A DNA stretch of 64,000 nucleotides, taken from positions 46,046 through 110,045 of the forward strand of contig JBGSMV010000042.1 of NCBI GenBank assembly GCA_041739995.1, given 5' to 3'. The notes under the pieces are model-generated. The model saw only the letters and a list, made by a program, of their open reading frames with translations, made no database searches and was not told the DNA's origin. Position 1 is the first letter of the stretch. Each line of letters opens with the position of its first letter. The translations under genes were made by a program, and so were the position numbers. Origin of the DNA: Bdellovibrionota bacterium. GTDB lineage: Bacteria > Bdellovibrionota_C > UBA2361 > JBGSMV01. Of the stretch, positions 59,940 to 64,000 are shown piece after piece.

Positions 59940-61139
59940 TTAACCGACGAGCGGCGATTGGGGCCGAGCTACCTCAACGCAAAATGCTTGGTGACATTCT
60001 TTAACTTCGGGCCACTCTCTGACTTGCCGCGCAAATTCACCCAGGCTGTATAGGCAATCTCCCGGTAAGTTCTCGCCGTGTAAGGCTCCGAGTAGGCTAC
60101 CCACCATGGCGCCATTTGAGTCGGTATCACCGCCGGATTCGACAGTGTGAAGCAATGCATCTAGTGAGTGCGGATTGGACAAAAAGAAGTAGTAGGAGAA
60201 CGGTAGAGAGTCGTACACATAGCAACTGCCGCCCCCGAATTCTTGAATGACCGTTTGAGGAGACTCGGCAATCATCTGGTGCAGGCGCTTTAACCGTGCC
60301 GTCAAATCGTCAGATTGCTGCGGGAAGGCGGTGTTGTCGGCAGCTTTTGCGCTCCACTTCGTAACAAGTGAAATGAACTCATCTCGATCAAATTTATCGG
60401 GGCTTGTTCCGAGACAGTAGGTAACCGCGGCGACATGAGCGAGTCCGGCACTAACTGCCATCTCAGTACGATGCGTCATTCCAGCAAATTCAGTGACCAG
60501 CTTCACAATCTCATCCACCGGGAGCTGTTTAACAAAAATAAACAGAGCCAGGGGAGCAATTTTCATTGGGATTCCGTTACCCAGTCCACGTCTTTCATTG
60601 TTGGTTTGGCCACTGTCTTGCCAGTGTGTCCCGTGTGCAAGTTTCTCAACGGCCTCCCGAGTACTTGCGCCCCAACCCGTGTCACTTCTGTGTAAAGCCT
60701 CAATATGCTCCGACGCGATTAGATCCATGATATTTTGATCCGTGTCGAGGCCCTTGGTGACGGCCCGCAGCACCGCCATGGTAAGCTGCAGATCGTCGGA
60801 GGTGCTTGCGGGTGGAACATTCTTGCCCGCTAAGAACGGATTATGCTCATTCGAAAGAAAGGAGCGAATGGGCCCGATTTCCGAACGAATCCTTTCTGCG
60901 CTAAAGGTTTCCACCGGAAGTCCCAGAGCATCGCCAAGGGCAATACCATCCCACACGCCTGCCACTCGCGAGAGCTCGATAGTAATTGGGCGTTCAAGTA
61001 TCGAGGAGTGCCGTGTAATTGAGCCTATACGCTCAGTGACCTTTGAGGGCATGCAAAGTGTTTCTCCCGGAGGTGCAGGAAACTCGAGTGGTGAGCCTCG
61101 CTGCAGTTCGCATAGGGTTTTAGGTGCAAGTGGCTCCAT
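59940..61139 (-). CDS. ADP-ribosylglycohydrolase family protein
   Basis: GIALGDALG, TSDD, GNG, TH, GGDTDSNGAMVGSLLGA. Confidence 0.92.
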   Translation of the reverse strand: MEPLAPKTLCELQRGSPLEFPAPPGETLCMPSKVTERIGSITRHSSILERPITIELSRVAGVWDGIALGDALGLPVETFSAERIRSEIGPIRSFLSNEHNPFLAGKNVPPASTSDDLQLTMAVLRAVTKGLDTDQNIMDLIASEHIEALHRSDTGWGASTREAVEKLAHGTHWQDSGQTNNERRGLGNGIPMKIAPLALFIFVKQLPVDEIVKLVTEFAGMTHRTEMAVSAGLAHVAAVTYCLGTSPDKFDRDEFISLVTKWSAKAADNTAFPQQSDDLTARLKRLHQMIAESPQTVIQEFGGGSCYVYDSLPFSYYFFLSNPHSLDALLHTVESGGDTDSNGAMVGSLLGALHGENLPGDCLYSLGEFARQVREWPEVKECHQAFCVEVARPQSPLVG

Positions 61140-61314
61140 AGAGTCTCCATCAACAGATGTGATATCTTGAAGCTACTTCGTATTCTAGCGCGACCGCATG
61201 CTCAGAGTAGCAGAGTTTTCAGCGGAAGCTGTAAATTTGAATACTTATTGCGGGTAGTGAATTCTTTTGGGTATCGCGCCGCCTAGCAGCGGAACAGCGG
61301 CCGCAAGCTGAATG

Positions 61315-61785
61315 TCAGCGACGGCTTATAATCCTCGCCTCGCCGGTCGAGCTAATTGTTACTCTCGAGTCAGTCGACGAGGAGAATCGTGCACCGGTAC
61401 CCACTTCAGTGCCGGTCACTCGAATTCTAGCTACATATACGTGGGTGCAGAGCAGATCAAAGGATAGCGAGCCCGAAGCTAAGGTCGTCAATCCAAGTTG
61501 CGACAGCGAAAGGCCGTTCAGGACTTCATCAAAGGAGTTCGAACGCACATCGGTCTCGCCACCTACTCGTCTAAAGAAGACTCGAACCCGCAAACTTTTG
61601 TACGCAGTAGAGTCAATCAGGCTCTTAACCTTTTGAGCGATCACTTTTTCGTATAGGGGAACATTGAGTGCCGCTTCAGGGCAGAGGACGCGCACTTGAC
61701 CGGAAGACTGTGCATGGGCGAGCTGCCCCACTGCGAGGCTGAGGATAATCGAAAGCGTGAGCGCTAACACAAGTTTGTTAAACAT
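61315..61785 (-). CDS. Exported hypothetical protein
   Basis: GGAG SD; signal peptide ending AHA; one Cys pair. Confidence 0.7.
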   Translation of the reverse strand: MFNKLVLALTLSIILSLAVGQLAHAQSSGQVRVLCPEAALNVPLYEKVIAQKVKSLIDSTAYKSLRVRVFFRRVGGETDVRSNSFDEVLNGLSLSQLGLTTLASGSLSFDLLCTHVYVARIRVTGTEVGTGARFSSSTDSRVTISSTGEARIISRR

Positions 61786-61957
61786 ATGTTGAATCTCCTG
61801 TCCGATGATGAGATTGCCGGGACGGCCAACTGGATTCAGGTATCCTGTCAGGCATGCCTATAAACGCTGGCTTGAGTGAATTGAGCCGCCTTAGAATGTG
61901 GCGACGAAGGAGCCCGCTAACAGGAAGGTCCTGCCGGAGAAGTAGTAGCTTTCTAGA

Positions 61958-63652
61958 CTACCTTGCGGCAGCCAAGGTTCGAGCCGTTTCAATATCTGAG
62001 TCATTCAGGCCAATCGACGTCCGGTACTCTGCGGCGTGTTTGACGACATCTCTTACGGCCTCTTTATTCTCGAGAAGCGTTCGAAACATTCCTTTGGCCT
62101 GATCCGATCCAGTGCCGAGCCAGGCGACGGTCCACATGGCCTCGTGACGAAGATCGCCATAAGAAGATTCTGGGCTGGCAATTGAGAGGCACAGTTTTTC
62201 AATGCGATGGCGAAGGGCATCCTTCGCCGCATCTCCCTCTCTATGGTTTAGATAGAGGCTATCGCCTGGCCTTCGCACGTCCGCCATGAATCGAACTTGT
62301 TCGAGAGCGTCCCTGAGAAAGACAGTATCTTCTCGATGTTGCTCCCGGTCCAGGTTTGGAGTCTGCGCAAGTCTCTCAGCAAAATCTAAGATTGGCCCAT
62401 AGCCTTGTATGCCGAAGCTCGTTAGAGCATTCATTGGGGAATGGTTTGAGTCCCTGACCTTGAGATTGCCTCTCGTGGCCACAAGTTGGTCACCGAGAAG
62501 CTTGACGCAAAGGGTGCGTTCAGAAAGTAGGGCTCCCTGATCAGGGTCCTGATGGCCATCGGGAGCGAGGTTGCTTAAGTCATGGAGCCGAGTTGTCTTC
62601 CAGCCAAAAGCCCCAAGGCTTTCACATGCTCGAAAGTATGGCGTGCCCGATTTCGGACCTGCTGAAAGAATTTCTCGCGCAAATCCTGTGTCACCAGTTC
62701 GATTCATGGTCTTCTCATGCACTGCGAGTGCGTGGAGAGTGAGCAGCTGCGCATTCTCCGTGTTGAGGCCCATTGTCTCTACGGTTCGTAGTGAATCAAG
62801 AAGTCCGCGTAATGTAATGAGGAGATTGGCGGCATTTCCATCAGAAATCACGGCCCTGTCCTGCAGGAGCTCATGAACGGCGTCTTGAGGATCTCGACTT
62901 TGGCTCGAGCTCGAAGGGGGGAGAATGTTGGAAGCAACTCTTCCCAGACAGCCAGAAGAAACTAAGCGAGAGAGGTCTATTGCTTGATTAGAAAATTCGA
63001 TAAGTGGGCGAAGGAGACTAGAGGCTTGTTCCTCTAGCTGCAGCGCATTTTCGCCAACGAAGTAGAAGGCTGAATCATGGTCTTTCGCCAATGCACCGCT
63101 CGCGTCCAATCCCAGAAGATCTTTTGCTATTTTCTGGAATTTCTCGTTATGGCCATCAATGATTCGTGACACTCTTTGGGTGGCGTTTGGAGTGGAATCA
63201 TTTGGTTCAAGATTCTGCCCAATTTTGTCTGCTAGCTTTGCATGGCTTAGCAGTGAATTTTGTATGGCAGTCGTTGCTCCAAGGAAGGCAAGTGCCGCCA
63301 GTGTTCTAAAGTCATCACCCGTCTTAAGATGGCTTTCTGCAGCGGCCTTAACCGCATCAGGACCTGCTTGCTCAAATCTCTGGAGATGAAGATGGTCGAG
63401 GGCTGATTTAGACCCCTCGCGGAAGCTCTGTCTTACAAGATCGAGGGCTGCATGCACCGTCTTTAAAGTCTCCCTAATGCTGTGGTCAGATTCCGCTAGA
63501 GCTTGGCCAGCCCGCGCAATTTGCTCGGCTCCTTTTTGAATTTGTGGAAAGAGTTTCGGGATGTCGACTGCCAGAGCTCGTTCGGGAGCATGTAAGTCGC
63601 CACTGTTTGCGGGACCTTGAGTTCTCGAATCGTGAAAAGTATTCGCTGCCAT
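61958..63652 (-). CDS. Hypothetical helical protein
   Basis: long ORF; start inferred at MAANTF after GGTGG. Confidence 0.7.
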   Translation of the reverse strand: MAANTFHDSRTQGPANSGDLHAPERALAVDIPKLFPQIQKGAEQIARAGQALAESDHSIRETLKTVHAALDLVRQSFREGSKSALDHLHLQRFEQAGPDAVKAAAESHLKTGDDFRTLAALAFLGATTAIQNSLLSHAKLADKIGQNLEPNDSTPNATQRVSRIIDGHNEKFQKIAKDLLGLDASGALAKDHDSAFYFVGENALQLEEQASSLLRPLIEFSNQAIDLSRLVSSGCLGRVASNILPPSSSSQSRDPQDAVHELLQDRAVISDGNAANLLITLRGLLDSLRTVETMGLNTENAQLLTLHALAVHEKTMNRTGDTGFAREILSAGPKSGTPYFRACESLGAFGWKTTRLHDLSNLAPDGHQDPDQGALLSERTLCVKLLGDQLVATRGNLKVRDSNHSPMNALTSFGIQGYGPILDFAERLAQTPNLDREQHREDTVFLRDALEQVRFMADVRRPGDSLYLNHREGDAAKDALRHRIEKLCLSIASPESSYGDLRHEAMWTVAWLGTGSDQAKGMFRTLLENKEAVRDVVKHAAEYRTSIGLNDSDIETARTLAAAR

Positions 63653-63687
63653 ATCACCACCAACCATTTACCAACCAACCTAGAGGG

Positions 63688-63714
63688 TTATGGGCTTCAG
63701 CTGGCCTACAGTTA
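63688..63714 (-). promoter_or_regulatory. Candidate sigma28 promoter
   Basis: TAAC-N15-GCCCATAA, one mismatch per box from TAAA-N15-GCCGATAA. Confidence 0.55.
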
Positions 63715-63838
63715 CTCAAAAAAAGACCAGGGATTCATGCCCCATTTGTGCGGTTACGGAACCAGCGCGCAAACTATAACTAACTGTTCTCATTAGTAAA
63801 TGCGTCCCCCTTCGGTACACCTATCTTACTGCCTACAT

Positions 63839-63994
63839 TTCACCCCTGTACCTTCACCCCTGTACCGGGGCTACTCTCCCTAGCGAGGTAGGCAGCGCTC
63901 CGCCCGACTGCACACCCGAAGAGTCCCCCCCCCTGTACCGGGGCTACTCCCCCGACCCCCCAATCACTCTCATCCCTCCCTGTACCGGGGCTAC
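63839..63994 (-). repeat. REP-like 17-bp repeats (GTAG + hairpin), 3 copies plus a partial
   Basis: CCCTGTACCGGGGCTAC at 63858, 63931, 63978; reverse complement GTAGCCCCGGTACAGGG. Confidence 0.75.
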
Positions 63995-64000
63995 AGCGAG

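Noticed and set aside
63858..63994. CRISPR array
   Set aside because: Repeat only 17 bp with unequal spacers (56, 30) and no cas genes in the window

Overview
This is a 64-kb bacterial chromosomal window of moderate GC. Gene content is compatible with a flagellated, Tad-pilus-bearing Bdellovibrionota/deltaproteobacteria-like organism (inference only). Core content: dnaX(partial)-ybaB-recR, tRNA-Asn followed by a structured 210-bp tandem repeat, an orphan TadE/TadE/TadG cluster, transport/redox genes, a decayed GxxExxY nuclease gene between inverted repeats, a split arginine pathway, an RND pump, typA, a Ser/Thr kinase, a fused-E1 plus E2 2-oxoacid dehydrogenase divergent from paaGHIJY (paaZ 6.6 kb away), and an accessory-rich right third. 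That right third holds a beta-propeller-containing flagellin and a flagellin remnant, a transglutaminase-like lipoprotein, a nucleotidyltransferase/RHH pair, an orphan MraZ, a GH25 lysozyme, a multi-repeat annexin-like protein, an ADP-ribosylglycohydrolase, large unknowns and REP-like repeats. The best candidate for an undescribed system is the arginine locus at 13064-19394. Its ArgF' has succinylornithine-type signature residues, a DUF1611-like P-loop protein is coupled to argC where an ArgA would be expected, and an archaeal-type ACT-domain protein heads the operon next to two GTCC-N6-GGAC palindromes in the divergent argG promoter region. All family calls come from motif recognition by eye; no database searches were run.
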